Assembly (NCBI GenBank): GCA_013265495.1
Contig: MU058384.1
Coordinates: forward strand, 619,622 to 683,621
DNA from: Vicugna vicugna
Taxonomy: Eukaryota
Reading direction: 5' to 3'
DNA length: 64,000 nucleotides
In this document: positions 13,401 through 25,830 of the stretch, one piece after another
Numbering within the stretch: position 1 is the stretch's first letter
Layout: each line of letters starts with the position of its first letter
The notes under the pieces: generated by a model
Seen by the model: the letters and a program-made list of their open reading frames with translations, nothing else
Told to the model about the DNA's origin: nothing
Database searches by the model: none
Position numbers and translations under genes: made by a program

Positions 13401-13544
13401 TAGTATATGAAAAATGTCAAATAACAAAATTTATAATTGGTATTCAAATTGTAACTTCAATTTCATTCTCATAAATTTAAATCTCTGGTTACTTCTTTAT
13501 AAGCTGTTTATGCTGAAGAGCAAAACGACTTGATTGATTCTTTA

Positions 13545-15480
13545 AGAAAATTTTATTCTAAAGTATTTCTGACACATTGGAATATGTAATAGTCACGTAT
13601 AGTTTTAATAATAATAATAATAAGTAACCATCAGTAGACCTACCACAAAGCTTGAAAAAAATAACTTTGAACATCTTCTGTAATTTCTTGCATTTCTATA
13701 GAATTTTATTAAATAATTATCCTTCAAAAATATTCATGCTTTGTATTGACTGCCTTCTTTTATGCAATGTTATCATGTGAGAATTTATCAGCTGTGTTGC
13801 CTCTAACTGAAGTTCTTTCATTTTGATTGTTGTATGATAATCTAGCATTTGAATATACCATCAATATTTCATCTCTTCTATTGTTCCCAGTATTGACTCT
13901 TTCAAACAAGGCTGCTGTTAAAAAATATTGGAAATGTCTCCTGTATAAAGATGTATGAGTTGTTTTTTCCCTTTTTATGTGTATATTGGGTTATAGAACA
14001 GAATACACACACACACACACACACACTCTGAATATGAGCCCTTTATGTGTTGCAAATATTTATCTTTTATCCCATGTCTTACACACTTCAATTTCCTAGC
14101 AGTGTTTTTTAATGAACAGATGGCTTTTAATTTGTCAAATATGTTAACTTTTTCAGTTATGATTTTTCTCTTTTATGTATTTAAGAAAACTTTTTCTACT
14201 ATGTATTCATTAAGAGTGTGGCCTATTTTAACATTTACAGCATTGATTGTTTCCCATTTTACATTTAAATCTATATTCTATCTGTAAGGAATTTTGGGGT
14301 GTGATGTGAAGTAGAGGACTAGGCTCATAGACAACCATTTCTTCCTAACAGCATTTATTTAAGATACTTTCCTACTCTGCTAATATGCAATGATATCTTT
14401 TTGTTCTTATCTCTCATTTTTCTGTTCCATTGATGTATTTGTTTATTCCTGCATCTACATAGCCTGTCTTACTTACTGTAGATTTTATTCATATTGGCAT
14501 CCAATATTCTTGTTATTCTTCTCCTTTGGGTGTGTTGGCATTTTTTGGAGTGTTGAAGGTCTTTAAACATTCAAATCAGCTTAAAAATGACAACAGACAG
14601 GTACAAACTCGTTGACATTTTAATTGGATTTTTATTGAATCTACAAACAATCTGGAGAGCAGTTGACATACACACATACACATACACATACTAAGTGCAC
14701 AAATTTGGATCTTCCAGTACATACATAAATATAATATGTTGCTGCACTTATTTGGATCTTTTTTCTCATTCTCTATATTTATTTTGGTTGATTTGTTGTA
14801 ATGGCCAGTACTCTCAGTACAATGCTGAACATTCATAGTTATAACATTTTTGTTTTGTTTTCTATTTCAAGGATTGTCCATTGGGACAAGTTAATAGTGT
14901 GTTTCTTGTTTGTTTAACATTATATAACCTTACTGAATTTGTTTGCACATTTTTTTTTAGTTCCTGTGATATTTTTCTTACTTTTTTCCATTATGGTTAC
15001 AAATTGGTTCTCTTTTTAGTTCTTCAGCATTTCCTTTATATAGTCTGAAGTTATGTTACTAAGAATATATAGATCTGTGTTTCTTCCTGGTAAATGGATT
15101 TTTGCTTTCAGTATACTTTGCTGATATTAATATGGCTAAAACATCTTTAATTAGGTTGGTATTCTTCCATCATCTACTTTTATGTTACCACTAATCTTAT
15201 ATGTTATAGTGTCTCTTGCTAAAAGGATATCACTGGTTTTTGTTCTGTTTTTTTTCTTTTAATTTGAATAATTAATACCTTTACATTTATTGTATTCACT
15301 GATATGTTTGGGTTTAAATTTAATAAACTGTTCTTTTCCTATTTGATTCAGTGATCTTTTTTCCTTTTACTATCTTTTGTTGCCTTATTTTGGAATAAGT
15401 ATTATTTAATCATTCCTTTTTTTTCCGCTCTACACTCTGTTTTAGTTATTTTATTAGTTAACCTTGAAATTATAACTCCA
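13545..15480 (-). mobile_element. Highly degenerate old L1M fragments
   Basis: T-rich antisense L1 phrases (tttacatttaaatctat, tctgttccattgat, cagtacaatgctgaa, tacatttattgt); boundaries approximate. Confidence 0.6.
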
Positions 15481-15519
15481 ACATTTACTAATCAAAAGCT
15501 ATTGTTTAGACACCTTACT

Positions 15520-16490
15520 AAAAAATATACACAGGATAATTAAGCATATGAAAGGATGTTCAACATAATATGTCATTAGGAAATTGCAGATCAACACAAC
15601 AAAAAGTTATTACTACATACTTATTAGAATAACCAAAATCCAAAATATTGACAACACCAAATGCTGGCAAGAATGTCAAGTGACACTTCCTTTATTGCTA
15701 TGTAGGAATGCAAAATGGTACAGCCACTTTGGGGAACAGTATGCTGCTTTCTTACAAAACTAAACACTCTAACAGTATGATACAACAGTAGAACTCCTTA
15801 CCTAAATAAAGTGAGAACTTGCTTCCACACAAAAACCTGCCCAAGAAATTTTATAGCAGTTTCATATAGAATTGCTAAAACTTTGGGAGAAAAAAAAAAA
15901 AAAAACAAGATATCCTCTAATAGGTGAATGGATAAACAAATGATGTATCCAGACAATGGAATATTATTCAGCACTAAAATGAAATGAGCTAATGAGTCAA
16001 AAAGCCATGAAAAGATGTGGAAGAAACTTAAATGCATATTGACAAGTGAACGAAGCCAGCCTGAAAAGTCTGCATATCATATGATTCCAGCTATATGACA
16101 TTCTGGAAAAGGCTAAACTATACAGACAATAAGAAGTTCAGAGGTTGCCATGGACGTGGGGGATGGGAGAGGCATGAATATGTAAAACACAGAGGATTTA
16201 TAAAGTAGTGAAACTATCTGTGCTATTGTAATAGTGGATACATGACAGTAAACATTTGCCGAAACCAATAGAACTGTATAGGGCAAAGAGTAACCCTAAT
16301 GTGAGCAATGGACTTCAGTTAATAATAATGGATCAATACTGATTTACCAGCTATAGCAAATGTACCACACTAATGCAAGATATAAATAATAGGGGAAACT
16401 AGGGGGAGGTGGATGAAAGGTACTCTCTAGGTTACTACTCAACTTTTTTGAAACTCTAAAATGGCTCTAAACAATATAGTCCAATAATGA
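15520..16490 (+). mobile_element. L1MC-like ORF2 end and 3'UTR
   Basis: aagcatatgaaaggatgttcaacat...aatgcaaaatggtacagccactttgg...ccctaatgtg...aaatgtaccacactaatgcaagat. Confidence 0.85.
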
Positions 16491-16618
16491 AAACTAGAAA
16501 AGCTACTGTTAAGCAGTAACCTCCTTCCAGAATAGTAAAAATCTTAGCACACTTCTCCTCTATGACAACCTCTACAGAATTTGTAAATCAACTGTATTGA
16601 GGTAAACTTTCATATAAC

Positions 16619-16740
16619 GGGGAGGGATACAGCTGAATGGTAGAGCACATGCTTAGCATGCACGAGGTCCTGGGTTAAATCACCCAGTACCTCCATTAAA
16701 AAAAAGAAGAAAACAAAAAAGAAATTAAAAAAACAAAAAA
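16619..16740 (+). mobile_element. tRNA-Ala-derived SINE, camelid Vic-1-like
   Basis: ggggagggatacagctgaatggtagagcacatgcttagcatgcacgaggtcctgggttaaatc...acctcca plus A-rich tail; degenerate TSD AAACTTTCATATAAC (16604-16618) / AAATTTTCATACGAT (16753-16767). Confidence 0.88.
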
Positions 16741-17274
16741 CTCAAGCTATTAAAATTTTCATACGATAATTGCATCTATTTTAAGTGAAAAGTTCAATGA
16801 ATTTTGCCCAGTGTGTATATGCACGTAACCACTACTGCAATCAAGATATAAAACATTTCCATCATCCCACAATTTTTCCTGTACATCTTCTCAGTGAGTC
16901 TTTTCCACACCTGGCCCTGGGTAATTATAGATCTCTTTATATCTCTATATATTAGATTCTTTAACAGCATTGTATAAAAAAAGTTATACAAACGCACACT
17001 TTTGTGTCAGGCTTATGCTCAATTTAATGTTCATGACATCTGTCTATATTAGTGTGTTTATCACTAGTTTATTCCTTTCCCTTGCTGAATATTCCATCAT
17101 ATATAAAAGACATGCTATAATTTGTTTATTCATTCATCTGCCAATGGACATTTGGTTTGTTAAGAGTTTTTGACCGTTATGAATAAAACTGCTATAAATA
17201 ATTATTCAGAGTCCTTGTGAAACATGATTTCATTATTTTGAGAAAATACGTGTAGAGTTATTGAGTTGTATGGG

Positions 17275-17989
17275 TGTTGGATTTGTAATATTTATTTCAT
17301 TGAGCATATTTTCGTTGGGTGTATGAAGTGTTCCAAATCACAGATTATTTATTAATTTCTTTATAGTGATGAGTAAGTGTGTAGCCCACCCCTCCCTTAT
17401 TCTAGGCTTATCCCTGAGATAACGAGATGAGAACCCATGGAAATATTTCCTACACAAGTAGCCAGACACTGCCTAGGTACAGGAGAGGAAAAGTGAGTTT
17501 TCTCTGCAGAAGGGAAAGAAGCAGCTACTTTCTGGCTTCTAGAAGGGTTTTCTCATTACTCTAATTTCTTGGTATGTAAATAAAATTTCTTCTAGAGCCA
17601 GATAGCCCCCATGTGTCTCAAATTTGAAGAACTAGAGATATCTTCAAGGTCAGGGGCCAAATTCTTCCTGGAAATGTAAATAAGTAGAAAGAGAACATTC
17701 TAGTCACCAAGGCTTGCCCACAGTTAACCTAGAGGCCTGCCCCTGGATGTAAGCACTGACTTTGGGGGAGATAAGAGAGGTTTTTATCATTCTTTTGAAT
17801 CAGATAAATTAGTTCTGTCTTTAGGAAAACAAATGGCTGCAGATCTAGTCCTTGCAGTATGTGAACACGTTTCTAGGAGAAGTGAAAGTAAGCAATCTCT
17901 AACTTTCTATCATATACATTTCTACATCTCAGGAGCGTAGGGCTCCTTTCAGGAACAGGGAGAAATCCAGGTTTAATTCCGAGAAATTA
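17275..17989. mobile_element. Unclassified insertion within an L1, possibly an LTR
   Basis: Non-L1 sequence starting with TG that separates two collinear L1 halves; family not recognised. Confidence 0.45.
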
Positions 17990-18432
17990 TATGTATGTTT
18001 AACTTTACAAGAAACTGCCAAACTCTTTTCCAAAGTGGCTATGCCTTTTTATATCCCCATGAGCAATGTATGAGAGCTCTAGTTTCTCTGTATCTTTGCA
18101 TTCTAAAATTTAGTTATTTAATAAGGTTGAAGTGGTATCTCATTTGTGATTATTTTCTGCCACAAATGAAAACATTATTTCCTGGTCTTTGGCTCCCACT
18201 GTTCCATTGTTAAGAAGTCAGCTATTGGCCTAACTAGCTCTTTTCAAAGCAAGTTTAACTTTCACTATAACTACTTGAAGTTTTTCTCTTTGGGCTTTTA
18301 CTATGCAGTGTGACAACGTATAATATCTTTTTGTCCTACCTTGGATTTGGTGGCTTTCTTGAATCCGATTAGTTTTAAAACAATCTCAGCTACTGTTCCT
18401 TTGCTATCTTCTTCCTCTTCACTCTTGTGATG

Positions 18433-18913
18433 TGTCGACTGAAATAAATGTGCAGCCTTAAAGTTGAGAGTTATGTTTTATTCGGCGGGAGAACTCCGTG
18501 CAGGGATGACAGCCTCTCAGATGGCTCGAGGGACTGCTCCGAAGAGGTAGGGGAGGAGCTAGGATACATAGGAGCTTTACAACAAAGACCAGGTAGTTGG
18601 AACAATAAAAGAGTACTTGTTATCTAAAGAAAACCAGGCATCTCAAGTTAAAGAATTTAGTGCTTTTCTGTGTCTGGGAGGAAGCAAACATTTGGGCTCA
18701 TTGAATTCATTCCTAGGACAAGCACCCAGCTATCTAGGGCCAGTATCCTGTCCTTTATTATTCTGAGTCCGCTCAGAGTGCACCATTGTGAGTGGCTGCA
18801 GAGGCCGGGCTGCAGGCTTGTCTTCACTGGGGGTGGTGTTGGCAGCAGCTGATGACTTGATGGTTTCAGCATTCTTTGTTTACTGATACGGTTTGCAGTA
18901 TTTTTCGTTCACA
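18433..18913 (-). mobile_element. Solo ERV LTR (ERV1-like), 481 bp
   Basis: TG...CA termini; perfect 4-bp TSD GATG (18429-18432 and 18914-18917); minus-strand AATAAA about 45 nt from the 3' terminus; several CpGs retained. Confidence 0.85.
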
Positions 18914-20049
18914 GATGCGTTAAATTGTATGCCAATCTTTCTCTGTATCTTAAAGATATTTTATACTTTCTTCTATATTTTTATCATTTTCCCCTTAATG
19001 CTTCATTTTGGATAATTCTTTCTATCCTGTCTTCCAGGTACCAATTGTTTATTCAGTTTTGGTCTAATCTACTGTTAAATAGGTCCATTGGCATCCTAAT
19101 CTATCGTGTTTTTCAATTCTAAAATGCCTTATATTTTTTCAAATGTGTAATGTCAATTTTCATTATACAAATTTTGTGTTTGGTTTTTAGATGCTTAAAC
19201 ATAGTAAACATAGGTATTTTCGAATGCCCCAATGATATTTCTCCAGTCTTTTTGTTTTGTAAACTGGTTCTCATTGGCCTCCCACTGCATGCCATCTTTG
19301 ATTGTGTACTGTTCATTGTATTTACAAAATTATTTGTTTCAATAATGTCAGACATAGCTAGAGAGAATTTTTGTTTGTCTCTCCTAGTTCTTGGATTATA
19401 GTGGTTTGGATACCATAATATGTAAGGTGTTGGGGCACCCAGATAAAGCAAAGCCAACCTGTAGTGCTTAGAGATATTGTATTCTTGTCTATCCTAGTTG
19501 AGAGCAACACTGTAGATTTCCCAACCCAAAGCAGAGGATAATTACCAAGATCTTCATCCCTGATAGATCCTTAACCTCAAAAAACGAGTGAAAGCACTCT
19601 TTAACTTCCCTGGAAAATAGAAAACATTTTCAGTTAAAAAAAAAAGCCTCCAAATAACAGCCCATCTCTCTGGATTTCCTTTCTATTCTTTATCGCAGCC
19701 CAAAGAAACTTCACTATTTTTGGTGCTTCCTGCATTTTTTAAGGAAATTATTTAAATCTTAAAAAAAGGTCTATTAGATTTTTAAATCTAATAGATAGCT
19801 TTTATAATTATTTTTATCAGAAAGATTTGTACCAGTAACTGAGCAAGCAGTTGACAAATGTGGAATTTACCTCAATTTTAATTTTTTTTTGAAATAAAAA
19901 GATACATGTTACCTATCTCATCCCTTAATAATATATTGTTCAATTTTTTTTTCCTTAAAATTACATTGATGAAACCAAACTGTGCTTATTCTTCTGGACA
20001 TGTTTTTTCACCCTTTATTTTGTTGGAAGGTGTCTATTCTGATATGTGT

Positions 20050-21700
20050 AACTCTAGTTCTTTATTTTCACATATAATATTTTATTTATGAATAAATCAG
20101 CATATATCTGTTAATTATATTACTGATAGATAGTCAGATTGATCTCAGTTTTTCAGTATTACAGAAAAGGTGCTCTATCAAGATAGATTCCGTACCACAT
20201 ATGAAAGTTTTTATCTATAGTACATTCCTAAGAATAAAGTTATTTTGCCTTAAAATATACCTGTTTTCACTTTTATTAGATATTGCCAAATGGTTTTCCA
20301 GAGTATTTAGAATAATTTCCAAGCTCACTAGCAGCTTATTAGATTTTCTGCTTATTTGTTTCCATGGCAACATTTTCTATCATCAGTCTATTTTAATTTT
20401 TGCCAATCTAGTTCTTTGATTTGATATCGCATTATGAACTAAGAAGGGAACCACTAAAATAAAACAGATCTGCATGTTTTCTCTTTCCATGTACATGTTT
20501 GTCCCTTTTTCTTATTGGTTATAAGAAATATTTATCTTTTCCTTGTACTATATTTACCAGTATCTTCTGCTAATGTGTAGCTTGTCTTTTACTCTGTAAT
20601 TCTTTAGGTAGTGTCTTAATTTTATTATAGTTAACAATCTATAAAACTTCTTTAAGATATAATTTTTGTATCTCGTTTGAGAAATTCTTATCTGAGAAAA
20701 GGAAGATTTTCTATATTTTATTCTAAAATTTCTCTGGGCTTGGTTTAAGGCATTATGGGTATAAAATTTCCCCTTTAAAATGTAGACGGCTAAAATTCAC
20801 AGCACCATTTGTTGAGACATTCAAAATATTCTGAATAATAAACAGTAGCATGCTGGTTATTTATCAAATATCTGTATGGGTAGAGATGTATCCTTTCTCA
20901 ACTCTTTTTATTACTCTATATATTCATCCCTGAGTCAAAACAGATGCTCTTAATTATTGGGATTTTGTAGTAATTTTCTGTATAGGAGATATTCCCACCT
21001 CAATGTCTTGTCTTTCTTCTTCAGTATGCCTTAAATATTCTTGACTCTTCTCCATTTTAAAATCTGCTTGTCCATTTGTACTTTTTCATATTTTAGTTGG
21101 AATTCTGTCAGATTTATAGATTAATTTGGAAAGAATAGAAATCTTTATAAAATGAGTTTTTACCCATGAGTGTGGTATTTCCTTTCATATTCTTAGAACT
21201 TTCTTAATATCTTTCAACATATTTAAATACATTTTACATAAAACTTGCATGCATCTTTTTAAACATTTATTCATAAGCAACTTATAGTATTGTTTCTATC
21301 ATAAATGAGATCTTTAGAAATTATGGTTTAGTTCTTGCATAGAAACCTAGATAACTTTTGTACTGAAATTTCTGTGGAAATAATCATATTATTTATGAAT
21401 ATTAAGTCTTTTTTTCTTTCTTTCTAACTATTAAAGCTCTTTTTTTCTTTATGTTAATATAAAAGCTGAGATCTCTCATGTAGAATAAATGTCAGAAAAC
21501 TGGATATTTATTGCTATATTGTTTCTGATTTAACATCAGATAATTTACTGGGAGTTTTCTGCAGGTACTTTTATCTGATTAAAGAAGTTTCTTTTTATTC
21601 CAGTTTTGGTATGAGTTTCTATCCTAAGTAGTTCCTGAATTTTCTGAATGATATGCTTTTGTCCTTTTTAATCACTAATGTAGCATTTCATGTTTTAGTT
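20050..21700 (-). mobile_element. Highly degenerate old L1M fragments
   Basis: Antisense L1 phrases (cagcaccatttgttga, atttatagattaatttggaaagaatagaaatcttt, ttttgccaatct). Confidence 0.6.
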
Positions 21701-22469
21701 TTTTAATTCAGTGGCACAGTGGTAAGCCTTTGCACCTCATTAACATTTCACCTGAAATACACTTAAATAGTAATATAACATGGTCATAATTTAGAAATAT
21801 TTATATTCAAGTAATAATGATCTCACGAAAATTTGAGTGTAGGTACAGATCTTCTTGATGAACCAAAGACAGAAAGATGATTACTAAAAATCTGTTAAAA
21901 TGATATTAGCCAAAGGGACAAGTTTGATTTATCTTATTCAAAAATATTTGACTAAATGAAACTTCTAGCTTCTTGAAACATTTTATGAGTTACATTTTTC
22001 TCTAGAAATTAAATTTGAAGCAAGTTATGAATAAGGTTTAGGCTTCACTATTATATTACTTTTTACTATCATATTCTCACTTCTTTTTAAAATCAGCCAT
22101 AAGAAAACAGCAACAAAAAAAAATCTTCTTTATCATAACATCTCTTAACACTTTGTGTAATTCATACCACAGAAGAAGAAGACCTGGATTGATACATTGC
22201 TTTTTTTCCTATATTGTAAAAGGCTCTTTGAAAAGAAAACTAACAAAATTCTGAATGATGTTCTTCATGAATGCTGAAGAAACACAAATCCACCTCCTTC
22301 TTTTAACTGTAAGATAAATTAATCAGCCCTTAAGTATTCTGGCCTTTGTGAGGCACTTAATAAAGAAATCTGTATAATACTCTAACAAAGATACTAAGGA
22401 AGATTTTTGCTTCTCTCAGTTTTCAAATTACCATGAGCACCTGTCCTTACTTTGCTTTAATTTTCTATG

Positions 22470-22674
22470 CCAGCCAGTAGAACTTTCTGGAAGATGGAAA
22501 GATTCTGTGCAGTGTGGAGACACTGGCCACTTAAGGCTGTTGAGCACCTGAAGTGTGGCGAGTACTCCTGGGGAGCTGAATTTTTATTCTTTTTTATTTT
22601 AATTGAATACAAATTTTAATTGAATGCAGTAAATAGCCGCACATGAACAGTGGCTACCATACAAAGCAGTACAG
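22470..22674. mobile_element. MER3-like hAT-Charlie MITE
   Basis: ccagtagaactttctggaagatggaaa...ggctgttgagcacctgaagtgtggc...aatagccgcacatg...gtggctaccata. Confidence 0.75.
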
Positions 22675-23344
22675 CCTGACATCTCATATATTTATTTATT
22701 TGTTTATTGATGTGTGTTTTTCCTGTTTCTTACCACTAACATTTATGTTCGAGATGTGCAGGAGGGTCTTGGTCTCTTTTTGTTCACTCTTTTAACCCAA
22801 GCAATTGGAAAAGTGTAGTTAAGCATGTAGTCGTTTTTGTGTCCTCTGATACTTTGCAAAGAATAGAAATTCAAAAAATGTTTGTATAAACATTTAAGTA
22901 AACTGTGTAATATATTCTGTGTAGCAAAGGTTAATGAAAATTTTAAAGTTCTAAGTTTTAAAAAATGTTTCCTTTGGCCAGATTGCCACAGTATTAATTA
23001 AGATGTTATATCCCAAGTGTATGGGTGGTTGTCCACACTCCCAGTTCGATCTGGGATCTAGAGGTCAGCTTACATGTAGGAAAGTCAGCCTTTGTGATTT
23101 GGAAGGGAGTGTAAAAGAAAACACAATTTTTAAATTCTGGTGTAAACCCTAATCCAGAATTAATCTGATATTTCAGAAGACATATCAATGGAAAGAGATT
23201 AACCAAGCAATGAAAATCGCATATGAGATAACCAAAGGAACTTGATAATTGAGCAAAAATTTTTGAAAGGTGAAAAGAAAACAGTTAATAGGAGGATTTT
23301 GCCCAATTTGTTTAAGAATAAAAGTAGGCAATTTTTATATGTGT

Positions 23345-23841
23345 ATTGATTCACTATCCCTATATAACATACCACACTAAAATGTAACATCATAGAACAG
23401 TAATCATTGTCTTAGTCTCACAATTTTTCAGGTCAGGAATTTAGCAGGACTCAACAAAAATGATTCATCTCCACTCCAAAAAAATCTGTCTCCAACTGAG
23501 GTGGCTTGAATGACTGTACATAAAAAGAAGAAGCTGAGAGCTAATCAGGTATTTCTCACCTTCTCTCTCTCTCCCTCCCCCACCCACATGGCCTCAACAT
23601 TAGGTTGTACTTCCTCACAGCAGGGAGGCCGCAGGTCAATCAGACCTTAACATGGTTGCCCAGTGCAGCTGGAGGAAGAAAGCTGCTCACTCCCTTAGAA
23701 TCTAGGGACAGCATTATTTTCACTACACTGTATTTAGTCAAAGCAGTCAGAGGCTAACCTAAATTCAAGGAAGGGCTCAACGACATCATGTCTCATTAGA
23801 AGGAATGTCATAGTATTTGTGACCATTTTTGATCCACCACA
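23345..23841 (-). mobile_element. MLT1-family solo LTR
   Basis: ataccacactaaaatgta...tctcacaatttttcaggtcaggaatttagcagg...tttgtgaccatttttgatccaccaca. Confidence 0.7.
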
Positions 23842-24604
23842 GATCAAAGCAGCCTTCACTCATGGATGGATAGTGACCTTACTGTGAAGGATTCTGAACT
23901 ATTTGGATTTAAAATGTACATGAAAATTTTGAGCTGCACATTTTTGAAACATCCTTGGTGGTCTATTAGAAATTGACCATTGGTTTAAAAAGTCTTACGT
24001 GCTTAGGAGGACTCCATTTTGCTTTATTACCTGCTTGGCTGCTACCCACTCAATACACTGCAACTTTTGCAGGCAACTCTTGCTCTGATTCATTTAGTCC
24101 AAGGATATCCACCAAGCTTTCTCCAAGGAATGACTGACTCATCAAAGGCATTTAACTTTGGGGATATATGTTGCTCACTTTGTAGGACGTCACAAAATTA
24201 GTAAGGCAGAAAACTTTATCAAGTCAGATGAGATCCTGGGACGCTCAAAAAACTCAATTCAGCAAGCTTATTATTTTGCCACATAAATCACCTGCTCTTT
24301 GCTTTTGCTTAGGCCCACATTCCAATTTAGCAAAGGAGTCTATTCTAATAAACAAAATATAATTATAAATTCATGTGAAATTGCATTCTTTTCTTATCCC
24401 AGATTACCACTGTGTAGTATCATAAATTTCTGTAATTTCTCTTCCTGCATCTTAACACCAAATAAATGGTAGAAATACGTGGAGAGGTGAAGGCTTTACA
24501 TTGAAGTGTGTTCTTAGACTTAAGCCTTGCATCTAACGCCTTCACTTTTCACAGCTCAAACTGAATTTTTTTTAAAACTTTTTACTTGTTCTTCTTTACT
24601 GGGA

Positions 24605-24998
24605 TGTATTATAGATAGAATAATGACCTTCCAGAGATGTTCAAACTGCGATTTCTGAAACCTTGAATAGATTACTTTACATGGCAAAAGAGACTTTGAA
24701 GATGTGATTAAGTGTCTTGAAACTGGGAGATTATTCTGGATGATCCAGATGGGCCCAGTTTATTCACAAGGGTCCTTATAAAAGGAAGATGAGAGGGTCA
24801 TAGTCAGACAAGGAAGTGTGTTGACAGAGCAGAGGTCAGCATGACGTCATTGCTGGAAGGGGAACATAAGCCAATAGATTTTAGCTCAATGAACCTGATT
24901 TTGGACTTCCAACCTCCTAAATGGTAGAATAATAAATTCGTGTTGTCTTAAGCCACCTAGTTTATGGTAATTTGTTATAGCCATAATAGGAAATGTAT
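24605..24998 (+). mobile_element. MLT1D-like solo LTR
   Basis: agaataatgacc...catggcaaaagagactttgaagatgtgattaag...aataaattcgtgttgtcttaagccacctagtttatggtaatttgttatagc. Confidence 0.85.
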
Positions 24999-25429
24999 CT
25001 GTGACCAAATGATTTATCACACAGACTGCAACATTTTTAGAAGTAAGTGGAGGGGCTATTAAACATGACAATGGGACAACAGCTAGAAATTGGGAATGTC
25101 CTTGCCAAAGTGAGATGAATGTTTACCCCATCTATAAAGCCACTTTATAACGTTGTTAGGAACTGAGTTAACTTTCTTGATAACTGCCTTTCAATACATG
25201 CAGTATTAAATAGCCTGATTATGGGCTAATACAATGTTTATGTGAGTATAAAAACTTCCTCAAAGTGTAAAGGTCAAAAGCACCATCGAGCACTTAGAAA
25301 CATTGAACTTCCTAGCCAGGTTTTGCTAGGGGCTGTTCCTCCTGAAGTCCATCTCTGAGGAAACTTGGCCATAAGCAGCAAACTCTAATGCAATTACTTC
25401 ATTAAGGCCAAACAGAACACTACCCAAAA

Positions 25430-25830
25430 CACACTACCATATTCTAACCATGAGAGAAACTTCAGACAAATCCCTGCTGGAGGATGTTCTACAAAATACC
25501 TAAGCACTACATCTGAAAACTTTCAAGGTCATCAAAAACAAGGAAAATCTGAGAAACTGTCACAAACAAAAGTAGCCTAAGGAGACAGGATGATAATGTA
25601 ATGGGACACCCTGAATGAGATCCCAAGACAGAGAAAGGACATTAAAGAAAACAGGAAAATTGAATAACGTATGGAATTTAGTTGATAATAATGTATATAT
25701 ATTGGCCCATGAACTATAAAAAATAGCATATTAATGTAAGTTGTCAACAATAGGGGAAACTGGGGTTTCTCGGAACTCTGTGTGCTGTCTTTGTAATAAT
25801 TCTGTACATCTGAAAACATTTATTTAAAAA
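25430..25830 (+). mobile_element. L1MC-like 3'UTR fragment
   Basis: aaggtcatcaaaaacaaggaaaatctgagaaactgtcaca...gcctaaggagaca...aacaataggggaaactggg. Confidence 0.75.

Larger units (their letters stand above)
16580..18150 (-). mobile_element. Old L1M 3' end, interrupted by a SINE (16619) and a ~715-bp insert (17275-17989)
   Basis: Antisense L1 3'-end text breaks at ...gagttgtatgg (~17273) and resumes collinearly at atatgtatgtttaactttacaagaaactgcc (~17990). Confidence 0.75.

Noticed and set aside
16619..16696. Functional tRNA-Ala(AGC) gene
   Set aside because: The B box is mutated (GGTTAAATC) and the stems are imperfect. It has an A-rich tail and TSD with no oligo-T terminator, so it is a SINE.
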